IMG/VR virus record: IMGVR_UViG_3300008117_000004
Coordinates: 1 to 64,000 of that record
DNA from: an uncultured virus (IMG/VR IMGVR_UViG_3300008117_000004)
Lineage: Duplodnaviria; Heunggongvirae; Uroviricota; Caudoviricetes
Reading direction: 5' to 3' (one strand)
Length of the DNA: 64,000 nucleotides
Shown: positions 38,860 through 48,164 of the stretch, in pieces
How positions within the stretch are numbered: the stretch's first letter is position 1
Layout of the letters: every line of letters begins with the position of its first letter
Position numbers and translations under genes: made by a program
The notes under the pieces: generated by a model
Database searches by the model: none
Seen by the model: only the letters and a program-made list of their open reading frames with translations
Told to the model about the DNA's origin: nothing

Positions 38860-40130
38860 ATATAGAAAGTCTTTGTAGATCAGCTCTACAAATAATTAAA
38901 GATACTTGGGGTATTCCAAAAACAGGATTTATTGCTGGTGGTTCTATTGCTAATATTGCGTGGGAATTAGTTTCCGGTAAAAAAGCAGTTGTAAATGATA
39001 TTGATGTTTTTATTTTTAGAAATAAAATAGATAAATTCTCTAATGTTGATAGAGATAGTCTTTATAGATATAAAGTTGATGATATTAAAGCTTATGAAGA
39101 TTATACTGGTATAAACTGGAGTACTTACACAAAAAATTTCTATTCAATCGCATCGTCTGAAAAAGACGGAATATTTAATATTATAGAATACGATTCAAAT
39201 ATCGAAGATCCAAAGTTTATTATAGACTCATTTGATATAAATTGTACAGCAGTTGGTTATTCAATTGATGAAGATAAATTTTATTGGACTAAAGAGTTTG
39301 AGAATTTCTTGAAAACCGGTGAATTGAAGATAGTTAACTTAACCACACCATCACATACTGCTATCAGAATAATTAAAAAGTCTGATGAATTAGGTTGTGA
39401 ATTAGATGAATTTGAGTATAAGATCCTGTCTTATGTAATCAGTAATAGTTACTATTTCTCAGATGTTTCAAAAAGAATGTTTAAAGAAAGATATTATGAA
39501 ATATTTGAAAAATACTCAGATAAGTTAAGTAATTACTTTAATATAGTTAGGTGTTTAGATGATGAGATGTATATAAAAACTATGTTTAATTCTGATGATA
39601 AGTTATATAAATTGATACCAGTTAAATATGTTAAAGAAGAAAAAGTATTATTTGATGTTATAAACATGGTTGATAAAGGATTTGAATATTGGAGTGACTC
39701 TGATATAACATCTATTCAAACTTGTAAGAACTTCTTATTCTATATAAGAAATGTTTATGAAAATGAAGAGATTAAAAAAATATGGAAGTCTTATAATTTT
39801 AACACAGAAGATTATATAGATTGTCAACCGAGTAAAGAAGATTTAGATTTACTTAAAAGACTTGTTGAGAACACAAGAGCAATAAACTCACTCAATGGTT
39901 ACACTCTATCAGAACAATTAAATATAATTAAAACTTTATTTAATGAGTTTTCTGATGATCCAATTATAGCAATTTCTCTATTAGAAAAAGAGGGGTTTAA
40001 AATGCCTGATATTATTGATGATAGTGAGAAATTATTATTGGAATTATCGGTTAGAAAAGAAATTGTTAATGATACTAAAGGTAAAGTTAGAAAAGTTCTA
40101 AACTTAGAGAATAAAATTAAAGAAATTTAA
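38856..40130 (+). CDS. Nucleotidyltransferase (CCA-adding/poly(A) polymerase-like head)
   Basis: FIAGGSI, NDIDVF, SFDINCTAV, AIRIIK. Confidence 0.75.
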   Translation: MNIESLCRSALQIIKDTWGIPKTGFIAGGSIANIAWELVSGKKAVVNDIDVFIFRNKIDKFSNVDRDSLYRYKVDDIKAYEDYTGINWSTYTKNFYSIASSEKDGIFNIIEYDSNIEDPKFIIDSFDINCTAVGYSIDEDKFYWTKEFENFLKTGELKIVNLTTPSHTAIRIIKKSDELGCELDEFEYKILSYVISNSYYFSDVSKRMFKERYYEIFEKYSDKLSNYFNIVRCLDDEMYIKTMFNSDDKLYKLIPVKYVKEEKVLFDVINMVDKGFEYWSDSDITSIQTCKNFLFYIRNVYENEEIKKIWKSYNFNTEDYIDCQPSKEDLDLLKRLVENTRAINSLNGYTLSEQLNIIKTLFNEFSDDPIIAISLLEKEGFKMPDIIDDSEKLLLELSVRKEIVNDTKGKVRKVLNLENKIKEI

Positions 40131-40833
40131 AAAATCTACCTTTAATACTTCTTAATTTATTATTACAAACTCTACTAATATTACCCTGATCTAATTTTGT
40201 ATCTCTTGAACAATCCATAATAGATAACCATCTATTAATTTCCAATCCATTATAATCAACCTCAATGACTATTTTTTTAACAGCATTGGGGTTTTCTAAT
40301 TTTATATCACTATTCATTTCATATCTAAAAATATATCCCCCTGTGTGTTTAAACTTACCATTACAACATCTTGATATATTACCATGATTTAGATTTAATT
40401 CAGAAGCGGCTGTTCTCGCACTTCTAAACTCCTTTATGAAATTACCATCTAAATCATATTGATATACTTTTTTACCAGAGTTTTCAGATTGTCTATCTAA
40501 AACTTCTCTCTTGCGATTTGTATTGCCTTGTCCAGTTTCATCAGAGTTAGTTAATCTATTACAAGAATAAATTTTTATATACTCAGTCTCATACTTCTCA
40601 TATTCATGAGATGGACATGTTCTTAAAAAGGTTATTTTGGGATGTAAACCAATTGATGTTAATTTTCTCAACCAGTTAACTCTATAATTTTTTTTATTTA
40701 TATCTTTAGACTCTATTAAATGACTTTCTAATCTGGAATGTGGATTAATTGTTTTACCAATATACCTTATCTCATCATTTCTAGGATCAACCAATCCATA
40801 GATATAAGCAACTTCACAAGTTAAATTTTCCAT
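40117..40833 (-). CDS. GIY-YIG homing endonuclease with two NUMOD1/HTH repeats
   Basis: YIYGLVDPR..RYIGKT; VYQYDLDGNFIKEF..NISRCC..GGYIFRY and a second similar repeat. Confidence 0.88.
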   Translation of the reverse strand: MENLTCEVAYIYGLVDPRNDEIRYIGKTINPHSRLESHLIESKDINKKNYRVNWLRKLTSIGLHPKITFLRTCPSHEYEKYETEYIKIYSCNRLTNSDETGQGNTNRKREVLDRQSENSGKKVYQYDLDGNFIKEFRSARTAASELNLNHGNISRCCNGKFKHTGGYIFRYEMNSDIKLENPNAVKKIVIEVDYNGLEINRWLSIMDCSRDTKLDQGNISRVCNNKLRSIKGRFFKFL

Positions 40834-40929
40834 ATTTTATAAACTGGTAGTTATTAAAATGGTGGTGCTTCCCTTGTATAATAAACTTTTTTATATTTAA
40901 ATGATATAAATAAAAAATAAAATAAAATT

Positions 40930-41256
40930 ATGATAGCTTATATTACTGAATTAAATGAACAAAACTATGAGTCTTTTACTAAAAATGGTTTGGTATTAGT
41001 TGACGTTCTAGCGACGTGGTGTGGACCGTGTCGGGTTGTTGGTCCTTTAGTAGATCAAATTTCTTCAGAGTACAAAGAAAAGGGTTTAAGTGTTGGTAAA
41101 TTAGATGCTGATGGAGCCAAAGACTTAATTAGAGAATTAGGAATAAGAAATATTCCAACTTTACTTGTCTATAAAGATGGTGAAATAGTTGAGAGAAATA
41201 CAGGAAATGTAACAAAAGAAAAAATAGAAGAATTAATTAATAACCATTTAAATTAA
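40930..41256 (+). CDS. trxA: Thioredoxin
   Basis: WCGPC active site, IRNIPTL. Confidence 0.92.
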   Translation: MIAYITELNEQNYESFTKNGLVLVDVLATWCGPCRVVGPLVDQISSEYKEKGLSVGKLDADGAKDLIRELGIRNIPTLLVYKDGEIVERNTGNVTKEKIEELINNHLN

Positions 41257-41261
41257 TTTTT

Positions 41262-41798
41262 ATGAAATCAATTGAGTATTTATATAGTTTAGTAGATCAA
41301 TCTAACTTTACTACAATTGGATATACTTCAAATGATAAAAATTTAAAAAATGAATTTATTTCTAAATTATCATATATTGATTTAAGAGAAATAGATCCAT
41401 CTTTTTCTTTTAATGGTAGTCTTAAACAAAAGATAAGAGATATTAGATTAGATTCTATTCTAAATGATTCGGAAGATTTATCAAAAATAAACTTTAAATA
41501 CATATTGATTGATTACAACGATTTACCACATTTACAAAAAAGTGATGTATATAAATCAATACAATTAAATCAAATAGTTGAAAAGTTAAGAAGTGAGTGT
41601 GTAGAATGTGGATTAAAAGTAATTTTTACTGCACCAACATACACTTCATTAGAAGTAACACCATCTCAAAATTTAAAGGGAGGGAGTGGAAGTATGTATA
41701 TTGCTGATTTGGCTTTTATGATTGATAAGGGAGTTGCTAAACTAATGAAAAATAGATTTGGAGCGGATAACGAAACATTTTCATTAAATGAATTATAA
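41262..41798 (+). CDS. Degenerate RecA/DnaB-like helicase fragment with internal RD tag
   Basis: ILIDY (Walker B-like), VIFTAP, GGS..YIAD, KNRFG; no intact Walker A. Confidence 0.5.
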   Translation: MKSIEYLYSLVDQSNFTTIGYTSNDKNLKNEFISKLSYIDLREIDPSFSFNGSLKQKIRDIRLDSILNDSEDLSKINFKYILIDYNDLPHLQKSDVYKSIQLNQIVEKLRSECVECGLKVIFTAPTYTSLEVTPSQNLKGGSGSMYIADLAFMIDKGVAKLMKNRFGADNETFSLNEL

Positions 41799-42857
41799 TG
41801 ATATATAATTACTAATTATGTTAGATATATTTTCAAAATCTGTATATTTTATCACTATTAAATTTATATTCATATTATTACAATAATTAACTTTTATATT
41901 ATCCTTAGTTTTAATATCTAATAAATAAGAATGTCCTCCAAAAGCTTTAACTTCTCCATAATGTTGAATACCATTATATTCTATACAAGTATTATATTCG
42001 GGTAAATAGAAGTCAAATCTTAATTTTTTCTTATAAACACAATCATCAAAAGTTTTTTGTGTTTCATATTTTATACCTTTTTTAGTCAAAAACCAAGATA
42101 TAATCTTTTCACCTTTTGACTCATTACATTTAGCACAACCTGATCCAGATGTATGTAAATAAGGTTTTTGTTTAAAAATTCCGTGTTTTTTACATATTAT
42201 ATTAACATCAGTTTTGAAGTTTTTATATACTGATAAACTATAATCATATTTATCACCATGTACTTTAATCGATTTATCTACAAAATCATCATTATCATAT
42301 ACAAATCCACCACATTTCTGGCAACCAGATACAAGATGGTTTGATATTCTTTGTGTAAACACACCATGAATTTCACACTTGATATCTATAAAGTCCGACA
42401 ATTTATATCTTTCTTCACAGAGGAGATAAGTATAAGAACCATTATGTTTATCATTAAATCTTTTTATTAATTCATCATTTTTTATACATTTCACATTACA
42501 CATTGAGCATCCACTACCATTTAAGTGTGATTGTGGAGTTTGGTTAAAAATTCCGTGTTTAGTACAAATTATCTCGACTTTAGTCCTATTATTAATATAA
42601 TTCACCAATGAGTAATCATATAAATTACCATGTTTACTAACCGACTTTTTGATAAAATCATCCTTTGATAAAGATGGCGCACCCTTTGTACATTTACCAC
42701 AACCACCACCTCGTTTATGATGATGTGGTGTTTGTTCAAAAACGCCATGAATCTTACATATTATCTCTATTTTTGTTATATTGTTAATATAATTAACTAA
42801 TGAGTAGTCATAAGCATCACCGTGTATAGACTTAAACTTTTCTATCTCTTTTTTCAT
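41793..42857 (-). CDS. Homing-endonuclease-like protein: DUF723-type Zn repeats plus C-terminal Vsr/PD-(D/E)xK-like nuclease
   Basis: Four HGxxYDYS..IICxxHGxF.Q..H..GC..C repeats; LRFDFYLP..IEYNGIQH. Confidence 0.8.
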   Translation of the reverse strand: MKKEIEKFKSIHGDAYDYSLVNYINNITKIEIICKIHGVFEQTPHHHKRGGGCGKCTKGAPSLSKDDFIKKSVSKHGNLYDYSLVNYINNRTKVEIICTKHGIFNQTPQSHLNGSGCSMCNVKCIKNDELIKRFNDKHNGSYTYLLCEERYKLSDFIDIKCEIHGVFTQRISNHLVSGCQKCGGFVYDNDDFVDKSIKVHGDKYDYSLSVYKNFKTDVNIICKKHGIFKQKPYLHTSGSGCAKCNESKGEKIISWFLTKKGIKYETQKTFDDCVYKKKLRFDFYLPEYNTCIEYNGIQHYGEVKAFGGHSYLLDIKTKDNIKVNYCNNMNINLIVIKYTDFENISNIISNYISL

Positions 42858-42966
42858 TTTCTATTTTTTTCTTTCTACTGAACATTCCTTTACAAGATCT
42901 TCTACAAAAAAGAGAGTCAGATCTTTTATCAACCAATTCTTTATTACACCATTTACACTTTTTCAT
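42832..42966 (-). CDS. 44-aa Cys4 Zn-finger microprotein, missed by ORF track
   Basis: Manual translation MKKCKWCNKELVDKRSDSLFCRRSCKGMFSRKKKIENEKRDRKV; TTAATATATA 4 nt upstream. Confidence 0.65.
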   Translation of the reverse strand: MKKCKWCNKELVDKRSDSLFCRRSCKGMFSRKKKIENEKRDRKV

Positions 42967-43029
42967 TATTTATATATTAAATAATGTAGCCCCTTATAAA
43001 ACTTTTGTTTATTTTTGTATAAAAAATAT

Positions 43030-43470
43030 ATGATAGTAAGTAATAGAAAGGCTCGATATTCGTTTGATGTAATTGAAGAATTTGATTGCGGTATTATTTT
43101 AACAGGTAGTGAAGTTAAATCTATCAGAAGAGGTGATGTTACCTTAGTTGATTCGTATGCTTACTTTAAGTCTGGTGAGTTATGGATTAAAAACTTAAAA
43201 GTTTCTCGTTACAAATGGTCTCATAAAATTGAAGTTCATGATGAAAATCGTGAAAAGAAATTATTATTACATAAGAAAGAGATCGCTAAAATAGATAGAC
43301 TTATACAAGATAAAGGAACTACTATTATACCATTAGGTATTTTCATTCAAAATAACAGATTGAAATTGAAAATTGGTGTTTGTAAAGGTAAGAAACTTTG
43401 GAATAAAAAGCAAGATATCAAACAAAGGGATATTGATAGAGATGCTAAAAGAGAAATGAATTTTAGATAA
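43030..43470 (+). CDS. smpB: SsrA-binding protein SmpB
   Basis: NRKARY, GIILTGSEVKSIR, REKKLLLHKKEI, KGKKLWNKKQDIKQRD. Confidence 0.93.
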   Translation: MIVSNRKARYSFDVIEEFDCGIILTGSEVKSIRRGDVTLVDSYAYFKSGELWIKNLKVSRYKWSHKIEVHDENREKKLLLHKKEIAKIDRLIQDKGTTIIPLGIFIQNNRLKLKIGVCKGKKLWNKKQDIKQRDIDRDAKREMNFR

Positions 43471-43820
43471 TGGGTAAAAACTTTGATGAATATCAAAAAA
43501 TACTTAAAGAATTAAATCAGTCTAATACTGAGGAAGATATCATTTCAAATATTGAAAAGATAGTTAAAGGATTTAGTGTTGATTTTTACAGAGAAGATTT
43601 AACAAAAAATCCTTTTTATAAATCTATCTTATTAGAGATAAAGGAAGATGTATTAGAAGATCTTTATAAGATTAGACAAACTATTTTAGATGAAATGGAA
43701 TCAATAAGTAGGTCTATATTAGAAGAGGTTGATGTAGATAAACTAATTCAATTAAAAGTTGAATGTCAGTTACTTTTAATTGAATTAGATTATAAAATAG
43801 AAGATATTAAATCTATATAA
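43470..43820 (+). CDS. Hypothetical helical protein
   Basis: 116-aa ORF coupled to smpB. Confidence 0.6.
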   Translation: MGKNFDEYQKILKELNQSNTEEDIISNIEKIVKGFSVDFYREDLTKNPFYKSILLEIKEDVLEDLYKIRQTILDEMESISRSILEEVDVDKLIQLKVECQLLLIELDYKIEDIKSI

Positions 43821-45585
43821 GATCAATCATTCTTTCCATGAATTTAATACCTTTCATTGATTTATTATAATCATCATCATCAAAATTACGCATCATATTC
43901 TCAACTTCATCGCTGTATCTAAATTCCTCCATAATTCTTATGGTTCTGTATGATAATCTATTAGTATCATGTATATTGTGAATATTTTGAAGATTACTAA
44001 TAATAATTGAAATATCATAAAGATTTACTATTTCTCTGGATCTAATTTTAGTTGTAAATTTTTTACCAATTCTCAATATATTTTCAAATACTTCTTTTAA
44101 CTTTTCGTTATCAGATTTCATTATTAACTCATATGAATTCTTAAACTTAGGAGTGGTTGATTGATAATCCTCTAATAATTTTCTATATTGTTCTTTAATT
44201 GATTGAAGTGAACTCTCAACATAATTTTTCAGTTGTTCTTCATTTTGCAGTTTTTCAATACTTTCAAGACCATCAAAAAAGTAATAAAATCCACTTATAA
44301 TACTCGCATTAAAACCTCTAAATAGTGTAATAATAACATAATCATCTTTCAATATTTTCAACAAGATTGATTTTAGATTAGACATTTCATCGATTTTAAG
44401 ATTTTGATCTATTTTCATTTTGTCAACTAAATAATCAAGTCTTTTATCAACATTAATCTTTTTAATTTCTTCATTACTCATTAAAGCAGTAGCTCCGGAT
44501 TTACTCTCAATTCTTTCTTTTCTAATACTTGTTAAGTCTCCTTCCATCTGTGGGAGAAACTCATCTATGTAAAATATTATAGCAAAATCTGAATCTTCTA
44601 AATCTTCTTTATAAATAGATTTGTTTTTTTCATCACTTCTATCATACTTTTGTATTTCAAAAGTTCTAAGACTATTAATATCTTTACGAACACTCAAGTT
44701 CCAAGTATTAGGATCTTCATTCTCAGCTTTTTTGGGAGAATCACCAACAACATGTAAATCTTCACTTGTATGTTTATAAAGATGTACTTTGTAATTATCA
44801 CTTTGTAAACCAACACCACTCTCAGATAAAATCCAAGATCCTATATAATTACGTTCTCTATCACTTACATTACTATATAAATGATCAATTACACTAGCAT
44901 ATTCTACACCGTTTTCATCATAATAATAATCAGCAGATCCACCACTAAGATTTTTACCATAAGCAACATATGATCTAAAACGACCATATTCATCATGAGA
45001 TGAGAAAATTTTAGCCCAATTTAAGTGATAAGAATAGTCTCTACTATAATTTATATCACCACTACAACTATAAAAGGCTATAATATCACCTGTTTTTAAA
45101 TGTAGATTTTTAACATAATCATTATCAACTATACTTAATTCTCCTTTTGTTAAATCGACACCTATTAACTGGGAAGCGGAGTCAACCGCTTTCTCCTTTA
45201 ATAGAGAAATTTCTTCTGGTTCAAATGGTTCAAATTTTCTACTCTCACTTTTACTTTTAACTCTTTCTCCACTTCTATTCGGAGTAACACTAAATCCTTT
45301 ATAACCATCAGTTGCGGAAAACCAAAATTTAATAGCCCAAGTATGATTAACCGAATCTTCTGGTGCTCTCATCTTAATAGCTTTATTGGCTAATATATTA
45401 ACATCAAAAAAGTTATCAGTTATAGAACTTAAAGGAATTGAATTATTTTCACATATTTTCTTTAAATCTTCAATAAAAGGTTTGCTATTTAATTTCATTT
45501 TAGATAACCACCCAGTTGTCTTTGTTAAAAATTGAGATTCAAATTTCTCATTTAAAAAACTTTGTCTATATTTAAGGTATTTCAT
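43813..45585 (-). CDS. Putative capsid-internal protein (N-terminal MKYLK..FLNE motif)
   Basis: 590 aa; TTAATATATA 5 nt upstream. Confidence 0.6.
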   Translation of the reverse strand: MKYLKYRQSFLNEKFESQFLTKTTGWLSKMKLNSKPFIEDLKKICENNSIPLSSITDNFFDVNILANKAIKMRAPEDSVNHTWAIKFWFSATDGYKGFSVTPNRSGERVKSKSESRKFEPFEPEEISLLKEKAVDSASQLIGVDLTKGELSIVDNDYVKNLHLKTGDIIAFYSCSGDINYSRDYSYHLNWAKIFSSHDEYGRFRSYVAYGKNLSGGSADYYYDENGVEYASVIDHLYSNVSDRERNYIGSWILSESGVGLQSDNYKVHLYKHTSEDLHVVGDSPKKAENEDPNTWNLSVRKDINSLRTFEIQKYDRSDEKNKSIYKEDLEDSDFAIIFYIDEFLPQMEGDLTSIRKERIESKSGATALMSNEEIKKINVDKRLDYLVDKMKIDQNLKIDEMSNLKSILLKILKDDYVIITLFRGFNASIISGFYYFFDGLESIEKLQNEEQLKNYVESSLQSIKEQYRKLLEDYQSTTPKFKNSYELIMKSDNEKLKEVFENILRIGKKFTTKIRSREIVNLYDISIIISNLQNIHNIHDTNRLSYRTIRIMEEFRYSDEVENMMRNFDDDDYNKSMKGIKFMERMIDLI

Positions 45586-45748
45586 AAAAGTATATATTAA
45601 ACTTATACTCTCATTTTTTATATAATTTTTATTGTAGTAAGTAGCTAATAAATAAATTTTAGTCTTTAATAAAGTTAGTGAAATTCAAATTCTACCTTGA
45701 GATAATATATATGATAACAAAGACTATTTATTATATAATAAATGATAA

Positions 45749-45774
45749 AAAACCACCAAAAAATTGGTGGTTTT
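45749..45774 (+). terminator. Intrinsic terminator-like hairpin
   Basis: AAAACCACCAA-AAAA-TTGGTGGTTTT. Confidence 0.65.
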
Positions 45775-45816
45775 ATTTTTTATCCTTAATTTTGTCTAAA
45801 TTAAAAAATAAGTATT

Positions 45817-46215
45817 ATGACACTAAAACAAAAAATCAGTACTGATTACATGACTGCGTTTAAAGCAAAAGACGTAGTATCAAAAAACTTACTTTCTGTA
45901 ATCAAAGGTGAAATTCAAACTCTTGAAAAGAATACCGGTGTCGATTCTTTATCTGATGAAGAAGTGACAAAAATTCTTAACAAAACAGTTAAATCACTAA
46001 AAGAAACTATCGAAAAAGGTGGTGAAATTGCTAAAATGGAATTAGCTATTATCGAAGCTTATTTACCAAAACAGTTATCTAAAGAAGATATTGTTGCTAA
46101 GGTAACTGAGTTGAAATTAGCGGGTATCACTAATATCGGACAAATTATGAAAGAGTTCTCTACTCTACCAGTAGATAGAAAACTTGTCAGTGAAGTAATT
46201 AAAGAAGTTATCTAA
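45817..46215 (+). CDS. GatB/YqeY domain protein
   Basis: AFKAKD..LSVIKGEI, LSDEEV, ELAIIEAYLPKQLS, NIGQIMK. Confidence 0.9.
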   Translation: MTLKQKISTDYMTAFKAKDVVSKNLLSVIKGEIQTLEKNTGVDSLSDEEVTKILNKTVKSLKETIEKGGEIAKMELAIIEAYLPKQLSKEDIVAKVTELKLAGITNIGQIMKEFSTLPVDRKLVSEVIKEVI

Positions 46216-46218
46216 TAA

Positions 46219-46246
46219 AAAAACCTCAACTATTGTTGAGGTTTTT
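46219..46246. terminator. Bidirectional terminator between convergent genes
   Basis: AAAAACCTCAAC-TATT-GTTGAGGTTTTT. Confidence 0.75.
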
Positions 46247-46502
46247 CGTTTTTAATATCTGCTATATTTTTAAACTTTTCTCTGATTGTATCAGCATCAA
46301 CTCCTCTTGAAAGAAGTATAACTGCCCATCCAAAAAAGAAAAGAAAAGCAAATAAAAATACAATAAGTACAATACAAACTGGTATCCAAATTGGTGAAGT
46401 AACCCACCACCAAGACCAATCAATATTATTAGTCAATTTCAAAGTTAAGAATATTAAAAATAAAATTGACGTTACACCAATACCACCTTTACTTTTTTCC
46501 AT
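46230..46502 (-). CDS. Small two-TM membrane protein (LKLxxxIDWSWWWV family)
   Basis: FLIFLTLKLTNNIDWSWWWVTSPIW; ATG at 46502. Confidence 0.75.
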   Translation of the reverse strand: MEKSKGGIGVTSILFLIFLTLKLTNNIDWSWWWVTSPIWIPVCIVLIVFLFAFLFFFGWAVILLSRGVDADTIREKFKNIADIKNEKPQQ

Positions 46503-46503
46503 A

Positions 46504-47250
46504 TTAACTAATTTCACCGTTAACTTGCCATACTGACCAGTCAACTAACATTTCTTTTTTATGTAGAAATCTCGCATCTAATACAGCTTCTACTTTATAA
46601 CCTAATTCTTTAGCTCTCCAAACAAAATCAATATCTTCTGATCTTTCTTCTGAACCATTTGCTTTAGAAAGAGTTCTAAAAATTGGAAGTGCCTCATCAT
46701 CACCCAATTCGGTTGGTTTACCATCAGCTGAAACATACTTCTTACTCAACATCATTCTTTGATCTTCAGCAACTTTTCTACTAATTAGTAGTGAACCAGT
46801 ACCAGCCGCATCAATTGGAATAATTTGACTTTGGCCTTTATAGTTTTTTGGATTAATTGCTTGAAATCCTTTTGGGTTATTTTCATCACCATCTTTTTGA
46901 TAAATGGCTGAACTAAGTGTAGGTCTTGAGCCTTCCATTAAAAGAAGATAGTAAAGTCCTGAAACAATATCAGCATCTGAATTAAAAATATTTAGAGCTG
47001 TTTCGGTTGGTACTAAATCATCATCAATAAACCACAATTTATCAGCAGTCTTATTATTTAAGAAGTTTGTAATTGCCACGTTTCTAGCGTAAGCAACTGG
47101 TCTTAAACCAGGGACATACATAACTTCATATGTTCTTGGATGGTTTGGATCATTATTTAACTTTCTTATGTTATCTAACCACCATAAGAAACTAACATTA
47201 ACCGAATCTCTAAATGTTAATAAGGCTATTAATATTACTTCTTTTTTCAT
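46504..47250 (-). CDS. GT-A fold (GT2-like) glycosyltransferase
   Basis: YARN, LWFIDDD (DxD), AAGTGSLLI, SEDIDF. Confidence 0.8.
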   Translation of the reverse strand: MKKEVILIALLTFRDSVNVSFLWWLDNIRKLNNDPNHPRTYEVMYVPGLRPVAYARNVAITNFLNNKTADKLWFIDDDLVPTETALNIFNSDADIVSGLYYLLLMEGSRPTLSSAIYQKDGDENNPKGFQAINPKNYKGQSQIIPIDAAGTGSLLISRKVAEDQRMMLSKKYVSADGKPTELGDDEALPIFRTLSKANGSEERSEDIDFVWRAKELGYKVEAVLDARFLHKKEMLVDWSVWQVNGEIS

Positions 47251-48164
47251 ACGTTTTCTAATTCTTTTTTATGTTCAACTTCTAATAGTGTAGTGTCAAA
47301 GTTAAGTGCTTTTAATATTTGTTGTTTATCAAACATCACACCAGGTGGTGTAGCTAATTGAATAGGATCACCTGATATATCATAAGCTTCATATAAAGAA
47401 TTTTTTAAACTAGCAGCTTGAAATTTAGAAGAGATATTTGTGTGTATTTTATACCCAAATACTTTTGGTGAATTACAACTCCAAAGTACAACAGATGGTA
47501 GATTTAAAGAAGCTGCCGCATGTTGTAAATAAGAATCAATTAATAATCTCTTATCAGATTGAAGAAGTGCTAAAGCTAATTGTCTAATACTTAATGATAA
47601 ATATTCACAATTTTTAAGAGCAATTTGATCTTCTCTTCTTACTTGAATAACTCTATAATATTTAGATGCCTCATCAACAATATCTTGTGCTAAAACTGGT
47701 GGAATATCTCTCGCCCAAGAGTACTTATGTTGTTGATTAACAGCTCCACCAAAAGCATTGATTAAGAATATTGGTTTATCTTTATTGATAAGTGTTTGAA
47801 CAAACTCAGCTTCTAATTGTGTAAAGTAAAGTTCTGGTTGTTCTCCATCCCATTCAATACCATACATATCACACCAGATTTGAGAAAGATGTTTTTTTCG
47901 GTAAATATAATCACTTTCTCTATAAGGATCATGTGACATAACAATAGTGTCTTTATTTTCAATATACTCTTGGTAAAAATATTGAGTTTGACCAAATTGA
48001 TATGCTCTATGAACTCTTGGGTTTAATTCAAAAATATCTGGATAAGCAGTTAAAACGATTATCTTTCTATTTTTATACTTTTTTTGAATTGCTCTAATAA
48101 CAGCTGTAGCAATTACATTTTTTCCAATACCACCTTCAATATGAAGTACAACGTATTTATCCAT
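47247..48164 (-). CDS. GT-B fold (GT9/heptosyltransferase-like) glycosyltransferase
   Basis: GGIGKNVIATAVI, IDSYLQHAAASL..VVLW. Confidence 0.75.
   Translation of the reverse strand: MDKYVVLHIEGGIGKNVIATAVIRAIQKKYKNRKIIVLTAYPDIFELNPRVHRAYQFGQTQYFYQEYIENKDTIVMSHDPYRESDYIYRKKHLSQIWCDMYGIEWDGEQPELYFTQLEAEFVQTLINKDKPIFLINAFGGAVNQQHKYSWARDIPPVLAQDIVDEASKYYRVIQVRREDQIALKNCEYLSLSIRQLALALLQSDKRLLIDSYLQHAAASLNLPSVVLWSCNSPKVFGYKIHTNISSKFQAASLKNSLYEAYDISGDPIQLATPPGVMFDKQQILKALNFDTTLLEVEHKKELENV

Noticed and set aside
42981..45816. tmRNA or tRNA near smpB
   Set aside because: No intergenic space with a tRNA-like acceptor/T-arm; gaps are too short and AT-rich.
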